A stretch of 64,000 nucleotides of DNA. It comes from Microcoleus sp. (GTDB lineage: Bacteria > Cyanobacteriota > Cyanobacteriia > Cyanobacteriales > Microcoleaceae). Positions 23,831 through 32,755 of the stretch are shown piece by piece (position 1 is the stretch's first letter; every line of letters begins with the position of its first letter). Position numbers and translations under genes: made by a program. The notes below the pieces were generated by a model. The model ran no database searches. It saw only the letters and a list, made by a program, of their open reading frames with translations, and was not told the origin of the DNA. The DNA lies in contig CP181291.1 of NCBI GenBank assembly GCA_052279835.1, positions 5,696,001 to 5,760,000 of the forward strand, given 5' to 3'.

Positions 23831-24169
23831 ATGCAGAAGTGGGAGTATTTATTGGTGGATGCTAATATGTATCCTTTTGGCAATAAATTGATTAGTTTAT
23901 ATGTCAATGGTGAAGAACAACAAGAGTGGAAACAAGGATTTTTACATTTATTTATTAATGAATTGGGGGATGAGGGCTGGGAACTTGTGGCTGTCAGGCA
24001 TGACTCGAAGTATGACCAGAATAGTTTGATTTTTAAACGCCCTAAAGTGGTTAAAAATTTGAGGAAGATGCCCGATTATTCGGCGGTTGAAACCGCGACT
24101 AAACAAACAAAGGAAATTCCGGCGGTTGAAACCGCGACTACACAAACCAAGTCCACCTCCGTGGACTAA
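23831..24169 (+). CDS. DUF4177-like small protein with repeat-derived C-terminal tail
   Basis: MQKWEY...NELGDEGWELV...IFKRP. Confidence 0.7.
   Translation: MQKWEYLLVDANMYPFGNKLISLYVNGEEQQEWKQGFLHLFINELGDEGWELVAVRHDSKYDQNSLIFKRPKVVKNLRKMPDYSAVETATKQTKEIPAVETATTQTKSTSVD
24081..24169. repeat. GCGGTTGAAACCGC / GTCCACCTCCGTGGAC palindromic element, partly duplicated
   Basis: Copies start at 24081 and 24120; a reverse-complement copy lies at 32716-32768. Confidence 0.8.
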
Positions 24170-24245
24170 CTAACAAAAAAATTGGATAGTTTGCGTAGTG
24201 TTGGTAAAAAATCTCGGCTTCTCTTCGCCCAGGCTACTTGATTGA

Positions 24246-25550
24246 TTACAAATTTTCCGATCGCCCAATTCGCTTTTGCCACTCCGCATCTATCTTCGCT
24301 GACTGTTCTAATTCTTGGGCTGTTAATTCGGTTTCTGTGGTATAAGCTAAATCTTGTCCATTCAAAATGTTTTCTGCTGCAAATTCGCGGGTATAGGCAA
24401 GTTTTTTTTGTAAGTTAGCATCGGGTTGATTTAATAACATTGCTCGCTGCTGCCGCTCTTGATTGCGGGCTGCGATGCTGGTATTTTTCCGCTGAACCCA
24501 GAAGTAGCGAATTAGGGGAATTGTCAGAAATCCGACACCGTAAATCAGCAGCATTGGATAGATAGTGGCGACTAAACCGACCAATCCACCGCCGATCGCA
24601 CTTTTAGCTAATAAACTCCCTAAAACTAATGCACCTACTAGATTCACCGCTCCCAAGCCTGCTGCGAGCATGATTTGTCCAGAACTAGCGTGGCTGAAAC
24701 GCCACAGTATTTCTCGCAAATAAGCCGGCACTGGTTCAGCATTTCTCTCGGCTGCTGTGGTTTGCAATTGGGGGAAATGGTACACTATTTGTCCTTCGGG
24801 ACTGACTTCGGGACGACCGTCAAAACGACTTAGGGTTGGTAACATATATTCTTCGTATTCTAAGGCGTATCCCTTTGGGAGGTTGTCGAGATAGGGAGCG
24901 ATTTGTTCGGCGACGATGGCACCTTGGTTGTTGCGAATAGTGGCGGCAATAGTGCTCCACTTGCGTTCTTCTAAATTGTAATTGGGATTCCCGTCTCCAA
25001 ATAGAAAGGAGAAAACTGATTCTAGAAAACTCATCTCGGGTTTTTGGCTGGTTAAGCGCGATCGCCTTTGGTAGTAAGGTTCGTCTTGATTCCAGTAAAA
25101 TAGCCAGATTAAGTCGTTCGAGAAGTAAGGAAAGAAGAAAAAGCCGCCACCTCTGTCGTCCCCTGAGCCTCCACCTCCGTTATTGTTGTCGCTAAGGCTG
25201 GAGAGTAAAATGGCGATCGCCACAAATATTAATATTAGGGACGCTACTAAAACAATGCCAAAAGATATCCGAATCAAGTAAAATAGGATACGCCAAATTT
25301 TTTGCCACCATTCTTGCAACTGCAACCGTAAAAATTTGTTGCGTAAAATATCTTGAAAGTTTTTGGGAAATAGGTAAGCAATATCGCCGGATTCTGCTAC
25401 TTGCAGGTGACCACCTGCTTCCGAGGCTAGGGTTAAGAGTTCTCGTTCGGCAAAATTGACATCTAGTCCAGCTTTTGCCGCCACGTCTCCAACCGTAACG
25501 CGGTAGCCAAGTTCTGTGACGGCTTGCATAACCTTGGGATTTGGGGCCAT
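24246..25550 (-). CDS. Conserved cyanobacterial/plastid membrane protein of unknown function
   Basis: RVTVGDVAA, FLESVFSFLFGDGNPN, F.G.PEVS..G.IVY.FP.LQ; three hydrophobic segments. Confidence 0.7.
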   Translation of the reverse strand: MAPNPKVMQAVTELGYRVTVGDVAAKAGLDVNFAERELLTLASEAGGHLQVAESGDIAYLFPKNFQDILRNKFLRLQLQEWWQKIWRILFYLIRISFGIVLVASLILIFVAIAILLSSLSDNNNGGGGSGDDRGGGFFFFPYFSNDLIWLFYWNQDEPYYQRRSRLTSQKPEMSFLESVFSFLFGDGNPNYNLEERKWSTIAATIRNNQGAIVAEQIAPYLDNLPKGYALEYEEYMLPTLSRFDGRPEVSPEGQIVYHFPQLQTTAAERNAEPVPAYLREILWRFSHASSGQIMLAAGLGAVNLVGALVLGSLLAKSAIGGGLVGLVATIYPMLLIYGVGFLTIPLIRYFWVQRKNTSIAARNQERQQRAMLLNQPDANLQKKLAYTREFAAENILNGQDLAYTTETELTAQELEQSAKIDAEWQKRIGRSENL

Positions 25551-25953
25551 GTCTTTCTCTTTGTGAAAATTACCCGGTTATTTTCAATTATAGGTTGCCA
25601 GCCTTCAAGCTGGTTTATACCAGCAGAATTCAGGCTGTTTGGAGGCTGACCTTGACTTTGGTGCAAAATGTTGGTAGTGTTTGGGCGCATGAGTTTTGAG
25701 TAGTATCAAACATTAGTTGAACCTAGAAAAGTTAATAAAAGTTTAAATAAGTCTAAAAAATAGGTTTTTTGCAATTTTTGCAAGAGTTATTTAAAATAGA
25801 TAGGACTTCCCCGTGTTTTCAGGTTTACAGTTGAGTCTCAAAAGTCTTTTGAGACTCATCGGTGCTAATATAAACCAAAATAGTGCCACAACTCTTAATA
25901 GGAAAACTTTACCGACTAATTTATAGGATTAGTCATCAACCAAAGAATCACAT

Positions 25954-26475
25954 ATGCCAAGAACTCAACGCAACGATAACTTTATTGACAAAAGTTTCAC
26001 GGTAATGGCTGATATCATTCTCAAGATTATGCCAGCCAAGAAGCAGGCGAAGGAAGCTTTTGCTTATTACCGAGATGGTATGTCGGCTCAATCTGATGGC
26101 GAATACGCTGAAGCTCTGGACAATTATCAGGAAGCGCTGAAGCTGGAAGAAGATCCTTACGATCGCAGTTATGTTTTGTACAATATGGGGCTGATCCATA
26201 CCAGCAACGGCGAACACGACAAAGCTTTGGAGTATTACAGCAAAGCTCTAGAACTCAATCCCAGAATGCCACAAGCCCTAAATAATATTGCTGTGATTTA
26301 TCACTACCAAGGGGAAAAAGAAAAGGAAGCTGGGAATCTGGAAGCGGCGGAAGGGCTGTTTGATAAAGCTGCCGATTATTGGAAGGAGGCGATTCGCTTA
26401 GCACCGAACAATTACATTGAAGTGCAAAATTGGCTGAAAATCACAGGTCGATCGCAGATTGATGTGTATTTTTAA
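25954..26475 (+). CDS. ycf3: Photosystem I assembly TPR protein Ycf3
   Basis: [37 protein letters not shown]. Confidence 0.97.
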   Translation: MPRTQRNDNFIDKSFTVMADIILKIMPAKKQAKEAFAYYRDGMSAQSDGEYAEALDNYQEALKLEEDPYDRSYVLYNMGLIHTSNGEHDKALEYYSKALELNPRMPQALNNIAVIYHYQGEKEKEAGNLEAAEGLFDKAADYWKEAIRLAPNNYIEVQNWLKITGRSQIDVYF

Positions 26476-26479
26476 CTAT

Positions 26480-26622
26480 GATGGGAATGGGGAATGGGCA
26501 TCGGGCATTGGTAATTGCTAATAGTTAGTAGTTAGTAATTTTGCTAATAACAACAAATAATCAATGCCCTATGCCCTATGCCCTATGCCCTATGACCAAT
26601 TCCCAATTCCCAATTCCCAAAT
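26480..26622. repeat. STRR-type heptamer runs (GGGAATG/GGGCAT.. and ATGCCCT, CCCAATT) in inverted arrangement
   Basis: Read directly between ycf3 and gatC. Confidence 0.8.
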
Positions 26623-26625
26623 TTT

Positions 26626-26907
26626 ATGATTGATAAAGAAGAAGTTCGGAAAGTAGCAAAGTTAGCGAGATTGGAGTTAACTCCTGAAGAAGAGGAGCAG
26701 TTTACTGGTCAACTGAACGGCATTTTGGATTATTTCGAGCAGTTGAGCGAACTGGATACAAGTAAGGTAAAGCCGACAGCACGGGCGATCGATGTTAGTA
26801 ATGTAATGCGATCGGACGATTTGCAACCTTTTGCCGATCGCGAAAATATCTTGGCTGCATCTCCCGATCGCGATGGCGAGTTTTTCAAAGTACCTAAGAT
26901 TATGTAG
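26626..26907 (+). CDS. gatC: Asp/Glu-tRNA amidotransferase subunit C
   Basis: VAKLARLEL, LSELDT, FFKVPKI. Confidence 0.95.
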   Translation: MIDKEEVRKVAKLARLELTPEEEEQFTGQLNGILDYFEQLSELDTSKVKPTARAIDVSNVMRSDDLQPFADRENILAASPDRDGEFFKVPKIM

Positions 26908-26925
26908 GGCTTACAATTCCAAAAC

Positions 26926-26989
26926 AGAAACCGGGTTTTTGCGACAATACTTGATTGCAGCCCAAAAACTCCGAAAAAACCCGGTTTCT
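26926..26989. repeat. AGAAACCGGGTTT...AAACCCGGTTTCT inverted-repeat element
   Basis: Same family at 28762-28826 and a degenerate copy at about 2935-3005. Confidence 0.75.
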
Positions 26990-27070
26990 CAACCTCACCC
27001 AAAGCCTCAACCAAAATTCCCCCATCTCAGCTATAATCAAAACCATCCTCTTCATCCCCACAAACCCGCC

Positions 27071-28627
27071 ATGAGGCACTGGCAGCCCGGACAACAAATC
27101 CACAACGGCAAATACATCATCGAAGCCATCCTCGGCGGCGGTGGATTCGGTGTCACCTACCGCGCCCAAAATCCCAAAGAAGGCAAAGTAGTCGCCATCA
27201 AAACCCTAAATGCCAACGTTCAAGGTAAACCAAACTTTCGCGAATACCAAACCAAATTTGTCAACGAAGCTTTATCCTTAGCCCGATGCAGTCATCCCCA
27301 CGTCGTCCAAGTTTACGAAGTGTTTCCCGAAATGGCAGGAAATATCGAATTGTGGTGCATGGTGATGGAATTAATCGACGGCACTAATTTAGTAGAATAT
27401 CTCGAAGATAACGGCATTTTGTCGGAATCGAAAGCTTTGCCAATTATTCAACAAGTCGGAAGTGCCCTGAGTTTTGTGCACCAGCAGGGACTTACTCATC
27501 TGGATGTTAAACCGCAAAATATTATGTTAAGAACCCCCCCCAGCCCCCCCTTGGTAAGGGGGGGAGTAAGAGAAAATTTCCCCTTCTCTTCTCCCCCCCT
27601 TAATAAGGGGGGCCAGGGGGGTTCTTATCCCCCCCTTAATAAGGGGGGCCAGGGGGGTTCTTCTTTTGCTAAGGGGGGCCAGGGGGGTGCAGTTTTGATT
27701 GATTTTGGCTTGGCGCGACAGGTGACAGCGCCGGGAAAATTGCGGACAAATAGCAATTCCGGGACTGAGTGTTACGCACCTATTGAATTATTAGAAAAAC
27801 GCGCCGAACTTGGTGCTTATACAGATGTTTATTCCCTAGCAGCAACGCTTTATGTCATGTTGACTGGTGAGTTGCCGTTTCCGTCGCAATTCAGGAAGCA
27901 AAATATTCCTTTAACTCCGCCAAAGCAATTCAATTCTGAGATTAGCGACAGGGTGAATGCGGCGATTGTGAAAGGGATGGAGTTAGAGCCGCAAAATCGC
28001 CCGCAGTCGGTGCAGGAATGGTTGGACTTGCTGATACCTAAAAAAGCGACTTTGGATTTAGGAATGCCTAAAAAAGCGGAGACAGTGCAATTTAATTTGT
28101 TAGATTTAGTAATACCAAACCCAGTGCCTCCTGAGACTACGCGGGTGATTTCAGCCGTGGGGATGGATTATATAAACTTGCGTAATTTATTGGTGGCCAA
28201 AAAGTGGAAGGAAGCCGATGAGGAAACGGCGAGAGTGATGGTGAAGGTGGCGGGTAGGGACAAAGAAGGATGGTTGGATACAGAAAGTATTCAAAAATTC
28301 CCCTGCGAGGACTTGCGTACTATTGACCAACTTTGGGTAAAATACAGCAATGGGCGCTTTGGCTTTAGCGTGCAGAAGCGCATCTATCAAAGTCTGGGGG
28401 GAACCAGGGAATATGATGAGAAAGTATGGGAAGCTTTTGGTGACAAGGTAGGCTGGAGAAAAAAGAACGAATGGGTGTACTACAACGACCTCACTTTTTC
28501 AGAGAAAGCGGTGGAAGCTCACCTCCCTGTCGGGTGTCATGGGTGGTTGCCGGGTGACGGGGGGTTGTTTAGGGGGTTGTGGTGTTGGCGGGTGGTGTGC
28601 TTTCTTCTCTCGCGTCGAGACTTGTAG
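27071..28627 (+). CDS. Ser/Thr protein kinase with C-terminal GUN4-like domain
   Basis: LGGGGFGVTY, VAIK, HLDVKPQN, DFG, DVYSLA; GUN4 motifs WKEADEET, FPCEDLRTIDQLWVKYSNGRFGFSVQK, AHLP. Start set at ATG 27071. Confidence 0.92.
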   Translation: MRHWQPGQQIHNGKYIIEAILGGGGFGVTYRAQNPKEGKVVAIKTLNANVQGKPNFREYQTKFVNEALSLARCSHPHVVQVYEVFPEMAGNIELWCMVMELIDGTNLVEYLEDNGILSESKALPIIQQVGSALSFVHQQGLTHLDVKPQNIMLRTPPSPPLVRGGVRENFPFSSPPLNKGGQGGSYPPLNKGGQGGSSFAKGGQGGAVLIDFGLARQVTAPGKLRTNSNSGTECYAPIELLEKRAELGAYTDVYSLAATLYVMLTGELPFPSQFRKQNIPLTPPKQFNSEISDRVNAAIVKGMELEPQNRPQSVQEWLDLLIPKKATLDLGMPKKAETVQFNLLDLVIPNPVPPETTRVISAVGMDYINLRNLLVAKKWKEADEETARVMVKVAGRDKEGWLDTESIQKFPCEDLRTIDQLWVKYSNGRFGFSVQKRIYQSLGGTREYDEKVWEAFGDKVGWRKKNEWVYYNDLTFSEKAVEAHLPVGCHGWLPGDGGLFRGLWCWRVVCFLLSRRDL

Positions 28628-28904
28628 ACTGTAACATCTAAGCGTTTCAGGATTTCATAAAGATTTACAACAAAGCCCAAAAGCACGAAGCCATGCCCTG
28701 TCTACCTTTCCGACGGGGTTGTCGGGACATAACGAGCAAATAATCAAAGTAAAATCAATCTCAGAAACCGGGTTTCTGCGATAATTTATGTATCATCATC
28801 CAGATTCAGGAAGAAACCCGGTTTCTACCTCCCCACTAATAGCTTCCAAACTCCATAACGCAAGAAACAAAATTTGTAGTTTGCATCAACAACAAATACC
28901 AAAC

Positions 28905-29081
28905 AACCAACAATAAAACTCAAACAACTCTTACTCCCCCCCTTACCAAGGGGGGGCTGGGGGGGGTTAAAATATCAGCAACCAACAATAAAACTCAAAC
29001 AACTCTTACTCCCCCCCTTACCAAGGGGGGGCTGGGGGGGGTTAAAATACTCAGCAACCCACAATAAAATCCCACACAACA
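28905..29081. repeat. 75-bp tandem units with CCCCCCTTNNNAAGGGGGG palindrome (left flank of DUF559 gene)
   Basis: Units start at 28905 and 28980; a partial third runs into the ATG. Confidence 0.92.
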
Positions 29082-29483
29082 ATGACAAAACTCTACAACA
29101 GAAGCTCCGAAAAATTCAAACGCCAGAAGCTTCGCAGAGAAATGACACCAGCGGAAAAGGATTTATGGGAAAAGATCAGAAACAGACAGCTTGAAAATTG
29201 TAAATTTCGCCGACAATACAGTGTAGCAGCATTTGCGATCGACTTTTATTCACCAGAAATCAAGTTGGCACTGGAAGTTGATGGTGACAGCCATTTTGTG
29301 GAGGGCGCTGTAGAATATGATGCGGAAAGGCAAGAGTTTATTGAGTCGGCAAGGATTAATTTTTTGAGGTTTACTAATGAGGATGTTTATCATAATTTAG
29401 ATGGGGTTTTGGAGGTGATTGTGGAGGGGATTAAATCGTTGAGAACATCGGGTGTTTTACCCCCCCCAGCCCCCCCTTGGTAA
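29082..29483 (+). CDS. DUF559 / Vsr-like endonuclease
   Basis: LRREMTPAEKDLW, KFRRQ, IDFY, LEVDGDSH, LRFTNEDV. Confidence 0.92.
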   Translation: MTKLYNRSSEKFKRQKLRREMTPAEKDLWEKIRNRQLENCKFRRQYSVAAFAIDFYSPEIKLALEVDGDSHFVEGAVEYDAERQEFIESARINFLRFTNEDVYHNLDGVLEVIVEGIKSLRTSGVLPPPAPPW

Positions 29484-29762
29484 GGGGGGGAGCAAGAGTT
29501 GGCCCCGAACTTTGGGTGGGGGAAGAGTTGGAAATGTAGATGAGATTTAATCGTTTATTGCATCAATTCTTTTACCCCCCCCAGCCCCCCCTTACTAAGG
29601 GGGGGAGCAAGAGTTGGCCCCGAGGTTCGGGTGGGAGTAAGAGTTGGAAATGTAGATGAGATTTAATCGTTTATTGCATCTACTCTTTTACCCCCCCCCC
29701 AGCCCCCCCTTGCTAAGGGGGGGAGCAAGAAGTTAGCTGTTTGTTAAGGGTGGGAGTAAGAG
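29455..29762. repeat. About 116-bp tandem units with the same palindrome, inverted relative to the left flank
   Basis: cccccccagcccccccttNNNaagggggggagcaaga occurs three times (about 29460, 29575, 29691). Confidence 0.92.
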
Positions 29763-29812
29763 TTTCGAGCGTCCAAAATCCTAAATTGAATAATCCAAAA
29801 TCTATAATTTAT

Positions 29813-31174
29813 ATGAGTTCAAAAGTTACTCTCACCGTCACCGCAGGTAATCTCAAAGGCAAAGAATTCACCTTTGATACCCGCACTACTTGTATTATTG
29901 GCCGCGCGAAAGATTGCTATCCCAATATTCCCGATGATGACAAACACCGCACCATCTCCCGCTATCACTGTTTGCTAGATATCAATCCTCCTGATATCCG
30001 GGTGCGCGATTTTGGTAGCAAGAATGGTACTTTTGTAAATGGCCAGAAAATTGGTCAGCGAGAAGCTCATCAATCTCCTGAAGAGGCGGCTCAAATTCAG
30101 TTTCCAGAGTATGATTTGAGAGAGGGAGATGAATTTACACTCAGCGATACTTCTTTTCGTGTTGCGGTTGCCCTTGACCCGGAAAATGCCAAAACAGCCC
30201 AACAACAAAAACCCGCTTCTATTCCCTCAAATCAAGAGAATCTGTGGGAAATGCTGAAAGCTTTTCTGTTCAAAGCTGTGGGCGGTCAAAATAATATCGG
30301 AGTTCTGGGTGATTATGTTTTGCTGAAGGAGTTGGGTAAGGGTGGTTTTAGTTTGGTTTATTTGGCGCGACACAAACTAACTAATCAAGAAGTGGCGCTG
30401 AAAGTGATGTTACCAAAGGTGGCGGCGAATCAGCGGGCTGTGAATTGGTTTTTGCGAGAAGTTGATAATACTAAATGTTTGAAGCATCCGAATGTGGTGG
30501 GATTTAAAGAGTCGGGTTATGCTGATGACACTTTCTTTTTTACGATGGAATACTGCGAGGGTGGCAGTGTTGTGGATTTGATGGCAAAACGCGGTGTTAG
30601 CACTTTGCCGATCGCCGAATCTATAAGTATTATTACACAAGTGTTAGATGGTTTGACTTACACTCATAATGCGGAGATTCCCAATGTCAGATTGGCTGAT
30701 GGTAGTTTTGCGAAAGGACGGGGTTTGATTCACCGGGATTTGAAGCCGGGGAATATTTTTCTGGCGAATGTGGGTGGGAAACAAGTTGCTAAGATTGGAG
30801 ATTATGGGCTAGCAAAGGCTTTCGATCAGGCGGGTTTAAGTGGCTTAACTTTGAGTGGTAATGCTGTTGGTACGCCGTATTTTATGCCGCGACAGCAAGT
30901 GCTTGATTATAAGTATGCTAAGCCGGAGGTTGATGTTTGGGCGGCGGCGGCTTGTTTGTATGTGATGATTACGGGATATGCGCCTCGCAATTTTGTGGGA
31001 TTAGACCCGTTTCTTGCTGTGTTGGGTAATGATGTGGTGCCGATTCGCGATCGCACTTCATCCATCCCTCAACCGCTAGCCACCGTAATCGATCGCGCTT
31101 TAATCGATAATCCTGAAATTCATTACAAAAATGCAGCAGAATTTAAGCAAGCTCTATTAGACACTATATCATAA
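29813..31174 (+). CDS. FHA-domain Ser/Thr protein kinase
   Basis: FHA motifs IIGR...ISRYH...SKNGTFVNG; kinase motifs LGKGGF, HRDLKPGN, DYG, GTPYFM. Start set at ATG 29813. Confidence 0.92.
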   Translation: MSSKVTLTVTAGNLKGKEFTFDTRTTCIIGRAKDCYPNIPDDDKHRTISRYHCLLDINPPDIRVRDFGSKNGTFVNGQKIGQREAHQSPEEAAQIQFPEYDLREGDEFTLSDTSFRVAVALDPENAKTAQQQKPASIPSNQENLWEMLKAFLFKAVGGQNNIGVLGDYVLLKELGKGGFSLVYLARHKLTNQEVALKVMLPKVAANQRAVNWFLREVDNTKCLKHPNVVGFKESGYADDTFFFTMEYCEGGSVVDLMAKRGVSTLPIAESISIITQVLDGLTYTHNAEIPNVRLADGSFAKGRGLIHRDLKPGNIFLANVGGKQVAKIGDYGLAKAFDQAGLSGLTLSGNAVGTPYFMPRQQVLDYKYAKPEVDVWAAAACLYVMITGYAPRNFVGLDPFLAVLGNDVVPIRDRTSSIPQPLATVIDRALIDNPEIHYKNAAEFKQALLDTIS

Positions 31175-31280
31175 ATTACTGATAATAATCCTCCCGATGT
31201 CAGTATTGTTAGCAATCGATAATTTGAAAAACCGTGGGTTCAACACTTAGTTCAAACCCAGGCTATGGCATTACAAACGA

Positions 31281-32561
31281 TTAAATTCTCACCGCAAAAG
31301 ATGCTGCTAATTCCCGTTCTGGTTCCATACCAACGGTAGGCGGCATTGAACGATTCGCTACCTGCTCAATTAGTCGTAAATGTTGCGGCAACATTTTAGC
31401 TAAACTATATCGTTCTAATGCTGTTTGACGAGCCCTGACGCGAACTTCTGCCATGCGGGTAGGATGGTCTAAAACTTCATCAATGCGATCGGCTACTTGT
31501 TTCGGCGAGAAGTAATCGACTAACAAACCGTTTTCTCCATCCCGAATCACTTCTCGGACTGGCCCGGTGTCGGAACCGATGACTAAACATCCCGTTGATA
31601 GAGATTCAATCATTGACCAAGATAGCACAAAAGGTCTGGTTAAATAAACGTGTACATCTGATGCTTGAATGACTTTTAAGTACAGTCCGTAAGGTAGCGG
31701 TCCGACAAAGTGAACTCGCGACAAATCTAGGGGTACTTTTTTGAGCATATAGTCTTTGTAAGACTCGCCATTAGGTAAAGAACGCCCATAACAAACTCTG
31801 TCGGAACCAACAACTACGACGTGACAATTGGGGCGGCGTTCTTGTACATAGGCGATGGATTCAATAAACTCTGGAAATCCTCGGTAAGGTTCCATTCCTC
31901 GCGATACATAGGTGACAATTTCATCAACGCCGGACAAATCTAAGTTAGGCAAAACCAGTTTAGCACCGGGGTCTGGTTTGAAGTAGTCTGTATCTACGCC
32001 GTCGTGAAGTGTGGAGAGTTTTTGTTGTAATTCTGGCGGAAATTGCGATCGCTGCCAATAAGTAGGCGACAAACCCCAATCGCAAGAGTATAAATCCACT
32101 AAAATCGGCGCATTCTTAATTCTAATTCTCGCCATATCGTCCACTGTTAAAGGTTCCGCTGGGTCGAAATCTGCGTCGGAACCGATCGCGTGATAAAACC
32201 ACTCGAAGTAGCATAAAAGTGGCGTATTTGGAAAAGCTTCTTTGACAAACAATGTCGGCCCCCAACCGGAATGACCGCAGATAATATCCGGTACAAAACC
32301 ATCAGCTTTGAGTTGTTCAGCCATTCTAAATACCGCTTGTCCGTAGATGACAGCACTTTCTAAGGGGCGAACGTATTGGTGAGTCTGGGCGTTGGGTTCT
32401 CGGCTGGGTGTAAATGCTGCTTTGCGAACACCGGGAATGTTCCATTCTGGCCGCTCGTTTTTAGTTCCAAAAACTATATCGTTTTTGGGGTCTGCGCCTA
32501 ACGCCGTGATAATGTGGCGGTATTGGGCCGGAAAGTTGGGATGGAGAAATAATGCTTTCAT
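31281..32561 (-). CDS. GT4-family glycosyltransferase
   Basis: LFLHPNFPAQY, GHSGWG, RGMEPYRGF, PFVLSWSMIE. Start reset to ATG 32561. Confidence 0.9.
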   Translation of the reverse strand: MKALFLHPNFPAQYRHIITALGADPKNDIVFGTKNERPEWNIPGVRKAAFTPSREPNAQTHQYVRPLESAVIYGQAVFRMAEQLKADGFVPDIICGHSGWGPTLFVKEAFPNTPLLCYFEWFYHAIGSDADFDPAEPLTVDDMARIRIKNAPILVDLYSCDWGLSPTYWQRSQFPPELQQKLSTLHDGVDTDYFKPDPGAKLVLPNLDLSGVDEIVTYVSRGMEPYRGFPEFIESIAYVQERRPNCHVVVVGSDRVCYGRSLPNGESYKDYMLKKVPLDLSRVHFVGPLPYGLYLKVIQASDVHVYLTRPFVLSWSMIESLSTGCLVIGSDTGPVREVIRDGENGLLVDYFSPKQVADRIDEVLDHPTRMAEVRVRARQTALERYSLAKMLPQHLRLIEQVANRSMPPTVGMEPERELAASFAVRI

Positions 32562-32564
32562 TAT

Positions 32565-32685
32565 GGAAGAAAGAAGGAAGAAGGAAGAAGGAAGAAGGAA
32601 GAAGGAAGAAGGAAGAAGGAAGAAGAACCCCCCCCTAGCCCCCCCCAAGGGGGGAAATTCAGGAAGAAGGAAGAAGGAAGAAGGG
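32565..32685. repeat. (GAAGAAG)n heptamer run with an embedded C/G palindrome
   Basis: Read directly; central cccccccctagccccccccaaggggggaa. Confidence 0.85.
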
Positions 32686-32755
32686 AAACGGCATTGCCAT
32701 TTCCGAATTTTTACATTAGTCCACGGAGGTGGACTTTGTTTGTATAGTCGCGGTT

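Noticed and set aside
26831..27070. N-terminal extension of the kinase-GUN4 ORF
   Set aside because: It overlaps gatC and an inverted-repeat element. The kinase domain begins right after ATG 27071.
28518..28641. Complete diversity-generating retroelement
   Set aside because: No reverse transcriptase, accessory gene or template repeat was seen in the window. Kept only as a candidate variable tail.
28905..29762. CRISPR array around a nuclease gene
   Set aside because: The sequences between palindromes are duplicated rather than unique, and orientation inverts across the gene.
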